Shown here piece by piece: positions 45,385 to 56,094 of a stretch of DNA of 64,000 nt. The translations under genes were made by a program, and so were the position numbers. Every line of letters begins with the position of its first letter. Position 1 is the first letter of the stretch. The notes under the pieces are model-generated. The model was not told where the DNA came from, made no database searches, and was given only the letters and a program-made list of their open reading frames with translations. The DNA is taken from assembly GCA_019058365.1 (NCBI GenBank), contig JAHPZE010000022.1:8750-72749 (forward strand), written 5' to 3'. Source of the stretch: Promethearchaeota archaeon. GTDB taxonomy: Archaea > Asgardarchaeota > Lokiarchaeia > Sigyniarchaeales > SOKP01.

Positions 45385-47241
45385 ATGTGTGGTATATTTG
45401 GAATAGTCTCAAATCAAAAAAGTATTAATATTGGTAAAATAGCTTTAGAAAGTATTAGACGTTTAGAGTATCGTGGTTATGATTCATGCGGGATTCTCTC
45501 TCAATATAATTCAAAACTGTTTGTGAAGAAGGACGCGGGAAAAATTGATGATATTCATAAAAAATTAAAGCTAGATGAGTTTCCAAATGGTTCTAAGCTA
45601 GCATTAGCTCACACTCGATGGGCGACTCATGGGTCTCCGACAAAAATAAATAGTCATCCTCATTTGGATTGCGAGGATAAAATAGCAGTTATTCATAACG
45701 GAATTATTGAAAATTTTATTGAACTTAAAAAAGAATTGTTATCTAAAGGTCATTTTTTTAAATCAGAAACTGATACGGAAATTATACCTCATTTAATTGA
45801 GGAAAACATGAAAACTAATAAAAATTTAAAAGAAGCAGTGGCAAATGCCATAAAAAAGTGTAAAGGTGCATATGGGTTAGCAATTTGCCATGCGGATTAC
45901 CCAGATACCATAATTGTTGTTCGAAGGGAATCACCCCTCATAGTTGGAATAGAAGAAGGAAAAACAACTTATTGTGCTTCGGATATTCCCGCATTTCTTC
46001 CATATACACGCAATTGCTACATTCTAGAAGATAATGAGATGGCAATTCTGAAAGCTGGGACAGCAGAATTTTATGATATTAATGATTGTGATAATCCTAA
46101 ACAAAAAGAAATTCAGCTCATTAAATGGAGTATTGATGCTGCAGAAAAGGGGGGTTATGAGCATTTCATGCTAAAAGAAATCTATGAAGAACCCTCTGCT
46201 TTAAGAAGAACATTAAAAATCCCTAATGATTCTTTAAATAAGTTTGCCGAAATCATATTATCAGCAGAAAGAATATATATTACTGCTGCTGGAACATCAT
46301 TTTATGCAGCTCTAGCTGGAAAGTTTATAATTACTAAGTTTTTGGGAAAATATATTGAGGCTATAGAATGTTCTGAATTTAAAACACAGTTAATAAATTC
46401 ATTAGAAGAAAATTCAATAATTATTGCAATATCTCAATCTGGAGAAACTATCGATTTAATTGAAGCAGTTCGATGGGCAAAAGAATATCGACCAAGTGCA
46501 AAAATTATCTCAATAACAAATATAGTAGGATCTACTCTTACTAGACATTCTGATAATATAATAATAACACAAGCAGGTCCCGAAATTGGTGTTGCAGCAA
46601 CAAAAACATATGTTACTCAAGTATTAACTTTTGCTTTAATTGCACTGGAGATTGCAAAGTTAACTAAAAATGAATCACAAGAAGAAATCCAGAAATATTA
46701 TAATGCACTGTATTCTACACCTGAAATTATTGAAAAATTCTTTGAAAAAAATGTTGAATTGATTAAATACATTGTAAGAAACTTAGAAAAAAACTTAAAT
46801 TTTTTCTTTCTTGCACGTGGAATATCAATCGCAACTGCTAAAGAAGGGGGTTTAAAGTTAAAGGAAGTTGCTTGCAGATTTGTAGAGGGATATTCAGCCG
46901 CACATGCGAAACATGGGCCAATATCATTAATAAGAGAAGGATACCCAATTATATTCATTGCACCTCCTGATGAGACTTATGAACGATTGATTGGAAATTT
47001 AATGGAATTCAAGTCGAGAGGTGGTACAATTATCTCATTAGTAGTAGAAGATGATGATAAAATTACTAATTTAAGTGATACAACAATTCGAATTCCACAA
47101 CCGGGAGATAAATATCATAACCTGTTTAGTCCAATAACCTTTATTCCCGCTCTTCAGCTTTTAGCATATTATGCTGCATTAGAACATAATCTTGATCCTG
47201 ATAAACCGCTAAATCTAGCTAAAACAGTTACAGTTCATTAA
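45385..47241 (+). CDS. glmS: Glutamine--fructose-6-phosphate aminotransferase
   Basis: MCGIFG, LEYRGYDS, HTRWATHG, HNGIIENF, SETDTE, SQSGET, ATKTY, LKLKE, NLAKTVTV. Confidence 0.96.
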   Translation: MCGIFGIVSNQKSINIGKIALESIRRLEYRGYDSCGILSQYNSKLFVKKDAGKIDDIHKKLKLDEFPNGSKLALAHTRWATHGSPTKINSHPHLDCEDKIAVIHNGIIENFIELKKELLSKGHFFKSETDTEIIPHLIEENMKTNKNLKEAVANAIKKCKGAYGLAICHADYPDTIIVVRRESPLIVGIEEGKTTYCASDIPAFLPYTRNCYILEDNEMAILKAGTAEFYDINDCDNPKQKEIQLIKWSIDAAEKGGYEHFMLKEIYEEPSALRRTLKIPNDSLNKFAEIILSAERIYITAAGTSFYAALAGKFIITKFLGKYIEAIECSEFKTQLINSLEENSIIIAISQSGETIDLIEAVRWAKEYRPSAKIISITNIVGSTLTRHSDNIIITQAGPEIGVAATKTYVTQVLTFALIALEIAKLTKNESQEEIQKYYNALYSTPEIIEKFFEKNVELIKYIVRNLEKNLNFFFLARGISIATAKEGGLKLKEVACRFVEGYSAAHAKHGPISLIREGYPIIFIAPPDETYERLIGNLMEFKSRGGTIISLVVEDDDKITNLSDTTIRIPQPGDKYHNLFSPITFIPALQLLAYYAALEHNLDPDKPLNLAKTVTVH

Positions 47242-47244
47242 TTT

Positions 47245-48540
47245 TTAATAAAAAGGGTTAATCTTCTTTTTAATACCTTTAAACGGATCATAATAATAGA
47301 GTGTATTGGGAGGTACATCTTCCACAACTAATGTATGTGCTCCTATTACAGAATTTTCATTTATTTTCTTACCACACATTATACTTGTATTAATACCTGT
47401 TTGAACATTAGGACCGATTATTGATCCTAATTTTCTACGACCCGAGTCTATCTGTTCACCTTTTATAGATACCCATATGCTCTTATTATCAAAACGTAAA
47501 TTTGAAACTTTTGAACCTGCACCTAAATTTACATTTTCACATATGACTGAATCTCCAATATAATTAAAATGTGGAATATTTGAATCAGAAAATATAATTG
47601 AATTCTTGATTTCACTGATACCTATGTGGCAATTATCTCCGATAGAACTATATGGCCTTATAAAAGCATTTGGACCAATTAAAGTATTTTCTCCAATATA
47701 GCATGGTCCTTGAATATATGAACCAGATTTAATGGTGCTTCCTTCCCCGATATATACATTACCTGAAATTTGAACATTTGCTTCAATCTTGCCCAATATA
47801 TTCTTCTCAATTTTATTTAATATATGTTTATTGGCATCTAATAATTGCCAAGGTAATCCTATATCACTCCAGAAATAATTTTTTATTTTATAACCTAAAA
47901 TCTTACCTTCAAATAGGTTTATTAGGATTTCCATAGAATCTGTAAATTCATATTCCCCCCGAATTGATTTTTCAGTCTTTTCAATTGCTTTAAAAATAAA
48001 AGAATCGAATATGAAAACTCCTGCATTTGCTAGATTTCCTACATTCATCTCTGGTGTGGGTTTTTCGATAATTTTTTGAACGAAACCATTAGTATTTAAC
48101 GAGACAATGCCAAATTCTTCGGGATTATTCACTTCCATTAACAAAATTATACCTTCTACTTTATTATCTTTAAATTGTTGAATAATTTCTTGATAAACCT
48201 TAGGATCGATTAATAGATCACCATACATAAATAGTACAGGTTCATTGTTCGCGAAAGTTTTACCATATCCAAAAGCATGAGCTGTTCCCAATTGCTCCGT
48301 TTGTGTGATATATTCAATTTTTAAATTAAATTTCTTTTTTCCATCCCCAAAATATTCTTTAATTAAATTTTCTTTATATCCAACAACAAGTAAAATCTCA
48401 TTTATTCCTGATTTTTTTAATCCTAATATTATATGCTCTAATAATGGCTTTCCAGCAATTGGAATTAAAGTTTTTGGCCGTGTAGAAGTAATTGGTCTTA
48501 ATCTTTTTCCTTCACCCGCGGCAATGATAATAGCTTTCAT
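47245..48540 (-). CDS. glmU: Archaeal bifunctional sugar-1-phosphate nucleotidylyltransferase/acetyltransferase (GlmU-type)
   Basis: MKAIIIAAGEGKRLRPIT..RPK, QLGTAHA, EKP, C-terminal hexapeptide repeats with PHFNYIGDS and GRRKLG. Start placed at the MKAII Met (48540) rather than 48549. Confidence 0.88.
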   Translation of the reverse strand: MKAIIIAAGEGKRLRPITSTRPKTLIPIAGKPLLEHIILGLKKSGINEILLVVGYKENLIKEYFGDGKKKFNLKIEYITQTEQLGTAHAFGYGKTFANNEPVLFMYGDLLIDPKVYQEIIQQFKDNKVEGIILLMEVNNPEEFGIVSLNTNGFVQKIIEKPTPEMNVGNLANAGVFIFDSFIFKAIEKTEKSIRGEYEFTDSMEILINLFEGKILGYKIKNYFWSDIGLPWQLLDANKHILNKIEKNILGKIEANVQISGNVYIGEGSTIKSGSYIQGPCYIGENTLIGPNAFIRPYSSIGDNCHIGISEIKNSIIFSDSNIPHFNYIGDSVICENVNLGAGSKVSNLRFDNKSIWVSIKGEQIDSGRRKLGSIIGPNVQTGINTSIMCGKKINENSVIGAHTLVVEDVPPNTLYYYDPFKGIKKKINPFY

Positions 48541-48595
48541 ATAAAGCATTAGGTTATTATTCTATTAAAAATTTCTTACAAATTTAAAAAAATAT

Positions 48596-50086
48596 CTAAT
48601 CATTTTTCTTAATGTTAAAAATATAACCGTTCCATGCATTTAGTTCTATATACAATCCATACTTATACAAATCTTTTCCATTATAACTATAGGATTTCTG
48701 AGAAAGTAAATCTGTGAAAGTCCATTCATGTGTATCAAAATGGAAGGGTTTTATTCTTACATGAGCTTTTGAGGGAATTGGACTATAATTAACCACAATA
48801 AGTCTATAATTATTATTTATCCACCATAAATATGAAAGAATGTTCGAAAATGAAGTATCACTAGAATTGAATGGTTCTATTTCACAAAGCGCCCAACTAG
48901 CACTCCCAAATTCTCGTCCTGGTATTGATTTTAATAAATTTTTATAGAAATCAATGAGTAATTTGTTGTCTTCTTCAAATGGGTTTCTTCCTAATTGAAC
49001 TGGTATTTTGATTTTATGACCTCGAGTTTGACCCTCATAAATTAACCTCGCACCGGGTAAAGTTAGTGCTATAAACGCTGCTGCTTGTGATTTTTCTACT
49101 CCAAACTTTTCTACGGCTCTTAATTCATCATGATTCTCAATAAATCTTACAAGCTTGCTTTGATAAGACCAATCCGCTTTTAGATGGTCTCTAATTGGAC
49201 TTGCATTCCCATAGGCTAATCTTTCATATAACCTTTTATCATAGCAGAAATCAAAACCCTGCTGTTGAAGCTCCCATTCCATATCCCAATATACTTCTGC
49301 TATAAATAAAAAATTTGGATATATTTCTTTGACAGCTGATATTATTTCTTCCCAGAATTCTTTATCAGGAATAGATCCTGCTTTTTCACCCCAAGTTCTA
49401 TTAAAAACTTTATTAGTCATCAACATTGCCATATCACAACGAACTCCATCACAGATTTCAGCAATAGCTAAAAGAGTCTTGATAGCTTTTTCACGAGCTT
49501 TAGGTGAAAAAGCATTAATCTGAATCACATCAGTCCATGGAGGAAAGTTAGGATCTCGACCGTAAGCATAAATAGATTCGTCAATAGAAAAGTAATCATA
49601 AGGATGAGCCATTAAATCATCCAAAGTCCCTTCAATAAATAAATCTGATTCAAATGTCCATAAAGAATCGACTGAGACGTGGTTAGGAACGTAATCTAAT
49701 ATTAATCGAACATCTCTCTCAGCTAATCTTTTTCTGATATTTTTTAAACCATCAATGCCTCCAATATGGTTGTCTACATGATAGTAATACACGGCATATG
49801 GGGATCCTACAACGTCTTCATCCTTAAAATCATATAATGCTTTATGGTATTCACTTTGTAATCCAGGATGCTCAAGGGCAATTTTTTTACTTGCAGGACT
49901 TCTTTCCCACACTCCCATAAACCACACAGCATCAAAAAATCTTATCTCTCCATTAAGAATTTTATCAGGAATACTGTTCAAAGTAATAGGGTTATTGAAA
50001 GATTCAGATAATGTATTAAGCCAAGGCCATGTATTGATCTCATAGATTTTAGGATTTTTAGGCCATTCCTTATTTCCAAATGACAT
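48596..50086 (-). CDS. GH13 alpha-amylase-family glycoside hydrolase
   Basis: LDYVPNH, DGVRCDMA, AEVYW, FIENHDE conserved regions. Confidence 0.9.
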   Translation of the reverse strand: MSFGNKEWPKNPKIYEINTWPWLNTLSESFNNPITLNSIPDKILNGEIRFFDAVWFMGVWERSPASKKIALEHPGLQSEYHKALYDFKDEDVVGSPYAVYYYHVDNHIGGIDGLKNIRKRLAERDVRLILDYVPNHVSVDSLWTFESDLFIEGTLDDLMAHPYDYFSIDESIYAYGRDPNFPPWTDVIQINAFSPKAREKAIKTLLAIAEICDGVRCDMAMLMTNKVFNRTWGEKAGSIPDKEFWEEIISAVKEIYPNFLFIAEVYWDMEWELQQQGFDFCYDKRLYERLAYGNASPIRDHLKADWSYQSKLVRFIENHDELRAVEKFGVEKSQAAAFIALTLPGARLIYEGQTRGHKIKIPVQLGRNPFEEDNKLLIDFYKNLLKSIPGREFGSASWALCEIEPFNSSDTSFSNILSYLWWINNNYRLIVVNYSPIPSKAHVRIKPFHFDTHEWTFTDLLSQKSYSYNGKDLYKYGLYIELNAWNGYIFNIKKND

Positions 50087-50396
50087 TATTATACCAAATT
50101 TTCAATTTTATAATTGAAATGATAAATTAAATTTGGATTTCTTTGCTTATAAAATAAATACCTTTTAAAATATCTCATTAGACCCTCGATTTATTCAACC
50201 TTAATAATTACTCACTTAGAAATATATGCATGGTATTAGCTTAGGCAAAAAAAAGGGAAGATAATAAGTTTGTAGGTGTTTTAAATACTTAATAGAAGAG
50301 ATTGCTTTCTTATCAAGCTTTTTAAGATAGAATAGCATAAATATAAATTAGTAAAGAATTATAATTATTATTAGAAAAAACATAATGTGAATATTA

Positions 50397-50972
50397 ATGA
50401 GTGAAGAGAAAGAAGCGTTACGTAAATTAATTATGCTAATTTCAGACTTAAGAGCTAAGGATGAAGAACGTTATGAAGCTCATGTTAATTTTATGAACGA
50501 AACAATCAAAATGATTAGTGCAATTGAATCTCAGATGAATAAACATTGGAGTACTGTATTAGATTCTTTAAAAGAATTAAATGACAGCATAAGCGCCAAT
50601 TTAGATTCATTATTAACAGGAATTAATCCTAAGGGATTACGAGAAACATCAAAATCGCTAAAAGAAATAATGGATACAATGAATAAAAGTGTGCAATCTA
50701 TGAATCTGGAGAAAGTATTAAGCGAATTAAAAGTTTTAAAAGCGGGAGGCATTACTTATGTACCAGCAGCACCAGTAGCAGTGGGGCAACAACCAGAATC
50801 AATATCAGCTGGTATTAATTTAAAACCAACCGGTTTAAAGACTCCTGTAGGAGCTGCTGCGAAAGCATCAAGTGGAGAACCAGAATGGGTAGATCCCCAT
50901 GAAAAAGCAAAAAAGGAGAAAGAAGAAGAAGATCAACATTTACTTAAACCATCTGACTTTTTTGGTATGTAA
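50397..50972 (+). CDS. Hypothetical coiled-coil protein with low-complexity C-terminal tail
   Basis: 191-aa ORF with heptad-like N-terminal two thirds, P/A-rich linker and C-terminal LKPSDFFGM. Confidence 0.75.
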   Translation: MSEEKEALRKLIMLISDLRAKDEERYEAHVNFMNETIKMISAIESQMNKHWSTVLDSLKELNDSISANLDSLLTGINPKGLRETSKSLKEIMDTMNKSVQSMNLEKVLSELKVLKAGGITYVPAAPVAVGQQPESISAGINLKPTGLKTPVGAAAKASSGEPEWVDPHEKAKKEKEEEDQHLLKPSDFFGM

Positions 50973-50983
50973 AATTTCTTAAT

Positions 50984-52339
50984 TTATCCAAATAATTCCA
51001 TAAAGGGTACTAATTTAGATTTTACCGTTTCAATATTATCTCCTATTTTCTTAAAATTGATTCCAATTGATGGGATTTTAAGTTCAGTTCTAATTTTATT
51101 TTTCAATAAATCATAACAACTAAAATTTATATTACAGTCAGCTAGTTGGTTAATAATCAGACCATCCACTTTTACTTTTTTTACATACTTTAGATAAGAA
51201 TTGGTTAATGTCACACATTCATCTAAGCATGATAATCCTTTTTTTGAGGAATTCAAAAGGAAACGGGCATATTCTTCAATTGGATTAGAATCTTTCGAAA
51301 CGGGAATTTCTTCTAATAATCCTAGTATATCCCAATCTGAATAAACAACTTTCCCTCCTAATTCATAAATGATTTCTTGAGTTGCTGGTTCCCAACCATT
51401 AAATATCGGAGTCAATAATATTCTCGGCCGATTAGAAACATCCATCCCAACACCTCTTTTTATACGTTCTCTCATTTCATTTACCAATTGGCTAATATTT
51501 TCTAAATATCTCTGTGGATTGGAATTGTAATCTTGGAATGATATTGTTAATAACGCCAAGATTTCTGCAAATGTAGCAGGATTGCATGGATAGAAATCTG
51601 AGGTGCTTATATCATATAAAATTGTTTTATAATATCTTTTAACTTGATTTCCAATACGAAATTGTTTTTTCAAACTATTATCGGTAACAATATTACCTGT
51701 ATTATGTTCTAATTCTTTAATCGCATTTTGTAGGTTGTCAATCATAATTTCTAAGGCATTAACCTCATTTTGTTTATCAACAGGAGGAATATCTACCCAT
51801 ATTTGGTTTGGAATTATTGCTCTTAGTGATTTCAGATAATCATTATATTTTTTACATCTTATTGTAAAATTTAAACTACAATCACAATTATTAGATTCTG
51901 ATATATGCATTCCATAAAGAGATTTAACACCGAAACAAAAATTTGGCGACACATTCTTTTGAATAGCTAAATCGTACAATAAATTATATCTTGCATTAAT
52001 ATTGCTAATAACGTCATTTAAAACATTATCTACAATTTTTAAAAAATCTATTTGTCGCGCTATTCCTAATAATTTAGTAGTAAGATCCCAACCAAATAAA
52101 CTTGTAGCTGAGTTTAAAGCAAGTAAATATAAATTAAGTTTAAATTTTTCCATACGAATAGGAAATACAGGAATAGAATCTGCGGCAAATACTAAATCAG
52201 GAAAACCAGAGGCTATAGAAACTAAGGTTTTTCGTTCTTTTGATTTCTTTTTTTGTAAATAATCTCTACCAGTTAAAAAATTGTAAGCAATTTTTAGAAC
52301 AGATGTAAAGTTTACGACATCATCAGCATATATACTCAT
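50984..52339 (-). CDS. 2-hydroxyacyl-CoA dehydratase subunit (HgdB/FldB/BcrC-like), divergent
   Basis: Family-like layout: CFGVKSLYG, TIRC, WVDIPP, LEHNTGNIVTDNSLK, RPRILLT, VDGLIINQLADC, LKIPSIGI. Confidence 0.7.
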   Translation of the reverse strand: MSIYADDVVNFTSVLKIAYNFLTGRDYLQKKKSKERKTLVSIASGFPDLVFAADSIPVFPIRMEKFKLNLYLLALNSATSLFGWDLTTKLLGIARQIDFLKIVDNVLNDVISNINARYNLLYDLAIQKNVSPNFCFGVKSLYGMHISESNNCDCSLNFTIRCKKYNDYLKSLRAIIPNQIWVDIPPVDKQNEVNALEIMIDNLQNAIKELEHNTGNIVTDNSLKKQFRIGNQVKRYYKTILYDISTSDFYPCNPATFAEILALLTISFQDYNSNPQRYLENISQLVNEMRERIKRGVGMDVSNRPRILLTPIFNGWEPATQEIIYELGGKVVYSDWDILGLLEEIPVSKDSNPIEEYARFLLNSSKKGLSCLDECVTLTNSYLKYVKKVKVDGLIINQLADCNINFSCYDLLKNKIRTELKIPSIGINFKKIGDNIETVKSKLVPFMELFG

Positions 52340-52467
52340 TTTATTATAACTCTTTTAAATTAAATGTGATCTTGATTTTTCAGAATCTACATTTTAAATT
52401 TAATCATAAGACTATTTTAAGATTTATGAGGTAATCCTTATAAACTTAGAATCATAAAAAAGTTGAT

Positions 52468-52947
52468 ATGAAATTAAAGAAAAAAAAAAAAAAGATAGAG
52501 TGGAAAGAAAGTGCTGTTAAAAGTGTAATTTATAGATCAATATCATTGGTTTTAGGAACTCTAACGGTATATTTAATTACAGGAAGCATTGCTATAGCTA
52601 CTGGAGCCGCTCTTTTAACTGAAGCTGTTCAATCTGTGAATTATTTCGTATATGAATTAACATGGAGTAATATTTCTAGAAGAAAATTGGAGAAAAAAAT
52701 AATTGACCGAATTAAACGAAGGGAAATTAACTTAAAATTAGATTTTTCTTCAATCAAAGAACTCGCTTATCAATTGTCTCAAATAGATACATTTGTTCCT
52801 AAATTATACATATCCACAAAAAGAATTTTTAATAATATGTTGGAAAATGAAGAATTAAAAGAAATTCATGATGATATCAAAACTTATAAAGAATCTTTTG
52901 AAGCAGCTCATTCAGGAAGAAAATTATTTTTTCCAAAAGAAAAATAA
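52468..52947 (+). CDS. DUF2061-like small membrane protein with C-terminal helical extension
   Basis: ESAVKSVIYR..S...T...YLITG......A.......YFVYE..W pattern. Confidence 0.7.
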   Translation: MKLKKKKKKIEWKESAVKSVIYRSISLVLGTLTVYLITGSIAIATGAALLTEAVQSVNYFVYELTWSNISRRKLEKKIIDRIKRREINLKLDFSSIKELAYQLSQIDTFVPKLYISTKRIFNNMLENEELKEIHDDIKTYKESFEAAHSGRKLFFPKEK

Positions 52948-53421
52948 TCTAGGATTAAGAAAAATATTATTAATTTTCAAGCGATTTGTAGATACTATTT
53001 AGAAAAATTATCAGAATTAATAAAGCTCTCTATTTGTGAATATTATAATGTTATATACCGTTTTTTATGATATCGAACAAAGTACACTGTTACACTTTTT
53101 TTTAACTACAATTTTCTCACTAAAACTTGTTTTGATGCATGAATTTCCCATTATCTCAGGCATTATAAATTGATATCTAAACCTTATAGAAATAGAAATT
53201 ACAAATACCTTCAAAAATTTTTATTTTTGTGGTACTTTACTAATAGTTTTACAGTACCATTCTTTACTGTTTAATGCTTGAAAAATTACAGTTAAGCTTA
53301 ACGTAAGTAATATGCTTCATGGCAATAAGTCGAATTGTAATTCTAACGTTATTATAATTATGGAATTATCTTTCTGATAGATTCAGTAATAAATCTGTAT
53401 TAAGTATTTTATATTTAAAAA

Positions 53422-53865
53422 TTATTGATTTATTTGAATTTTATTATCTTCCAAGATGCTTTCAATGACATCTTCTGCCTCTTCTTCACCAATTTCTTCA
53501 ATTTCGTCTTGAAATTCAGCTTCTTCCTCTCTTTTAATGCTTCCATCAATTTCTGAGAAAGATATATCATTTTCTAAAATTCCTAGTTCACCATGAGATC
53601 CAATTATATAGATTATAAATCCAATAAAACTAGTCAATAAAATTAAAAAAAATACGATACGGCGTTCTAAATTTCTTTTTTTCATATCTTTTTTAACCCA
53701 ATATGCTAAAATTAATCCAATGCTAAACCAAATCAGAAGTGAGATTAGGGCTATAATAACTTCCGTTTGAGGTGAACTTCTATTTTGTAGTGTTGAAATT
53801 GCAACTTCTGATGTATATTCATGGATTAATCTTCTATCGAAAACAATTAATATAAATTTCCACAT
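53422..53865 (-). CDS. Hypothetical two-TM membrane protein with acidic C-terminal tail
   Basis: Two hydrophobic segments flanking WVKKDMKKR, followed by an E/D-rich tail. Confidence 0.65.
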   Translation of the reverse strand: MWKFILIVFDRRLIHEYTSEVAISTLQNRSSPQTEVIIALISLLIWFSIGLILAYWVKKDMKKRNLERRIVFFLILLTSFIGFIIYIIGSHGELGILENDISFSEIDGSIKREEEAEFQDEIEEIGEEEAEDVIESILEDNKIQINQ

Positions 53866-54020
53866 AGTTATTGTTAGTTTTAAATTGATAATTTTATTGT
53901 AAAATCAGGCAATTCTATATATATTCCTTACTCTAATAAATTAAAAAAATTTTAACGTGGCTTTATTATTTTTTTAGTTAAATTATCAATAATGACTTTA
54001 AATTAGAAGATTAATTTTTC

Positions 54021-55136
54021 CTAAATATCATTTTTAAGAAACTTCAAAGACGTTGAAATATCCTCTTCTCCTATATAACCAATGATATTATTTTGATTAC
54101 TATCAATGACAACTACTATATGTGGTCTATCTCTCATTTGAGCTAATTTCATTAATACATCTTTTCCTGTGTTGTTTTCGTTCACTATTGGAAATTGTGA
54201 TATTTTTTTCATTAAATATCCAACAATAATATCATTCCTCTTATTGATTGGAACTTTTTTTATATCTTCAAGATGTATAATTCCAACTACATTTCTTCCT
54301 TGTATAACCGGAAAATATACTTTTTTATAGACAATAAAATAATTCGAAATGGCTTCACTTACTGTTTTATTAAATGGAATTGCAACATTTGCAATTCTTG
54401 TTAATTCTTTAGCACTTAGTTTAGATAAAGTAAGTTCGTTTAAAGTTTGAAAATATGCATGTCTTGACTGGTTATTTAAAAATGAAGCAATTATTATCAA
54501 CCATAAACTATTAAAAAATCCGAGAAAAAACATCGAGATAAATCCATAAGCCATTAATCCATAAGCAATATAACTTCCAACTTTGGATGCTGTTTTTGTA
54601 GCAGAAAGCATATCATGTCTTTTATTCCACAATAATGCTCTGAGGGCTCTTCCACCATCAATAGGATATGCAGGAATTAAATTAAATATTCCTAATCCAA
54701 CATTAGATATTCCAGAATAGAAAAGAGTAACACTAAGAATAGGAGGAATACTGAAGGGAACTAAATATAAAACAGCTAAAAAAATAGCACCAATCAATAA
54801 GCTAGAGATCGGGCCAAAAATAGAAATTATTAACTCACTTCTTGGATTATTAGGCTCTTGTTCTATTTTAGAAACTCCACCAAAGAGATATAACTCAATT
54901 TCTGAAACTTTTAAACCATATCTTTGAGCAATTAAAGAATGAGTCAACTCATGAATTAAAACTGAAAATAATATGATTAGACCATTAATTAAACCAACTA
55001 TAAATAAATCAAAAATACTACTTCCGGGAACTAGATTGGCATAAAGATCAGCAGCATAAAAACCTACTAATCCTATAATAAGTAATGTGCTAATATGTAA
55101 AGAAATTACAATTCCTTTTATCTTACCAATTTTCAT
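54021..55136 (-). CDS. Site-2 (M50) intramembrane metalloprotease with CBS domains (SpoIVFB-like)
   Basis: HELTH, LFGGV, GPISS, FNLIPAYPIDGGR, C-terminal CBS pair. Upstream GGTGA RBS. Confidence 0.93.
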   Translation of the reverse strand: MKIGKIKGIVISLHISTLLIIGLVGFYAADLYANLVPGSSIFDLFIVGLINGLIILFSVLIHELTHSLIAQRYGLKVSEIELYLFGGVSKIEQEPNNPRSELIISIFGPISSLLIGAIFLAVLYLVPFSIPPILSVTLFYSGISNVGLGIFNLIPAYPIDGGRALRALLWNKRHDMLSATKTASKVGSYIAYGLMAYGFISMFFLGFFNSLWLIIIASFLNNQSRHAYFQTLNELTLSKLSAKELTRIANVAIPFNKTVSEAISNYFIVYKKVYFPVIQGRNVVGIIHLEDIKKVPINKRNDIIVGYLMKKISQFPIVNENNTGKDVLMKLAQMRDRPHIVVVIDSNQNNIIGYIGEEDISTSLKFLKNDI

Positions 55137-55238
55137 TTAAAATCACCATTCGATTAAGGATTAATTATTCGAATTTAGGTAAATATTAGAAATATAAATT
55201 TTACTTTTTCAATTATATTAATCCTTCAATTATGAAAT

Positions 55239-55694
55239 TTATCTTACAATTAATACATCACAGGTAGCGCTATTAATTGTTCCGTCTGGAATTGTTTCTA
55301 AAAATACTTGTCTTAATTTTGAATGTTTTCCCTTAAATCCTAATATTACCAAATCGAAGTATTCTTCTGCTGTCGCTTTTTTAATAAAATCTTCTGGAGG
55401 AATATCCAAAATTAACTTTGTCTCAACTTTCTTATCGTTTTTTTTAAATAGATTTTCAACTTTTTTTAAAAGTTTCTTTCCAAGATTAACACAATCTTCA
55501 TGAATCAATAATGACATTGAAGTACCTGTGGATGGAGTGAGTGAAAAACCTGGACTAATTTCAGTTAAATGATGAATTACAGAATGAAATACAATCACTT
55601 CACTATTATCTTTTTTTCCAAGTTCTATTGCCTTTTTAACAGCATCCATAGATTCTGGAGATTCATCAATACCAACTAAAATTTTATTATACAT
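55239..55694 (-). CDS. Universal stress protein
   Basis: MYNKILVGID.S..S, DLVILGFKG, CDVLIVR. Confidence 0.92.
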   Translation of the reverse strand: MYNKILVGIDESPESMDAVKKAIELGKKDNSEVIVFHSVIHHLTEISPGFSLTPSTGTSMSLLIHEDCVNLGKKLLKKVENLFKKNDKKVETKLILDIPPEDFIKKATAEEYFDLVILGFKGKHSKLRQVFLETIPDGTINSATCDVLIVR

Positions 55695-56094
55695 TTTAAT
55701 TCACATTAATTTAGTTTACTAATATTTTATTTTAAAGTGATTAGATAAGTCTATGCTTTAAAAATTATAAAAAAAACTTTAGTAGAAATTTAAAATTATT
55801 AATTTAAATTGGAATTTTATTTAGATTCTAAAATTCAAATCAAAGCTTTAAAAATAGATAATAAAAATTATTAAAAATTTGTTGAATTCTTTACTTTAAA
55901 AATAAAATTCAATAAAAATGATAGAATCTAATCAGGAATTTCTTAAAGTTATAAAGAGAATAAATTTAATTTCAATAATGTTAACCTTTTTTTAGCTTTA
56001 ATTATTATTTTTTAAATATTTAAAGTGTGATTATCAGAATTTATGTTGAAGATATGTAATAAAAAGAAACAATTTTTCCAAATGAAATAATTCT

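Noticed and set aside
50930-50972. QHLLKPSDFF as a PCNA-interacting (PIP) box
   Set aside because: The spacing is two residues longer than the canonical Qxx[LIM]xxFF; kept only as an unspecified terminal motif.
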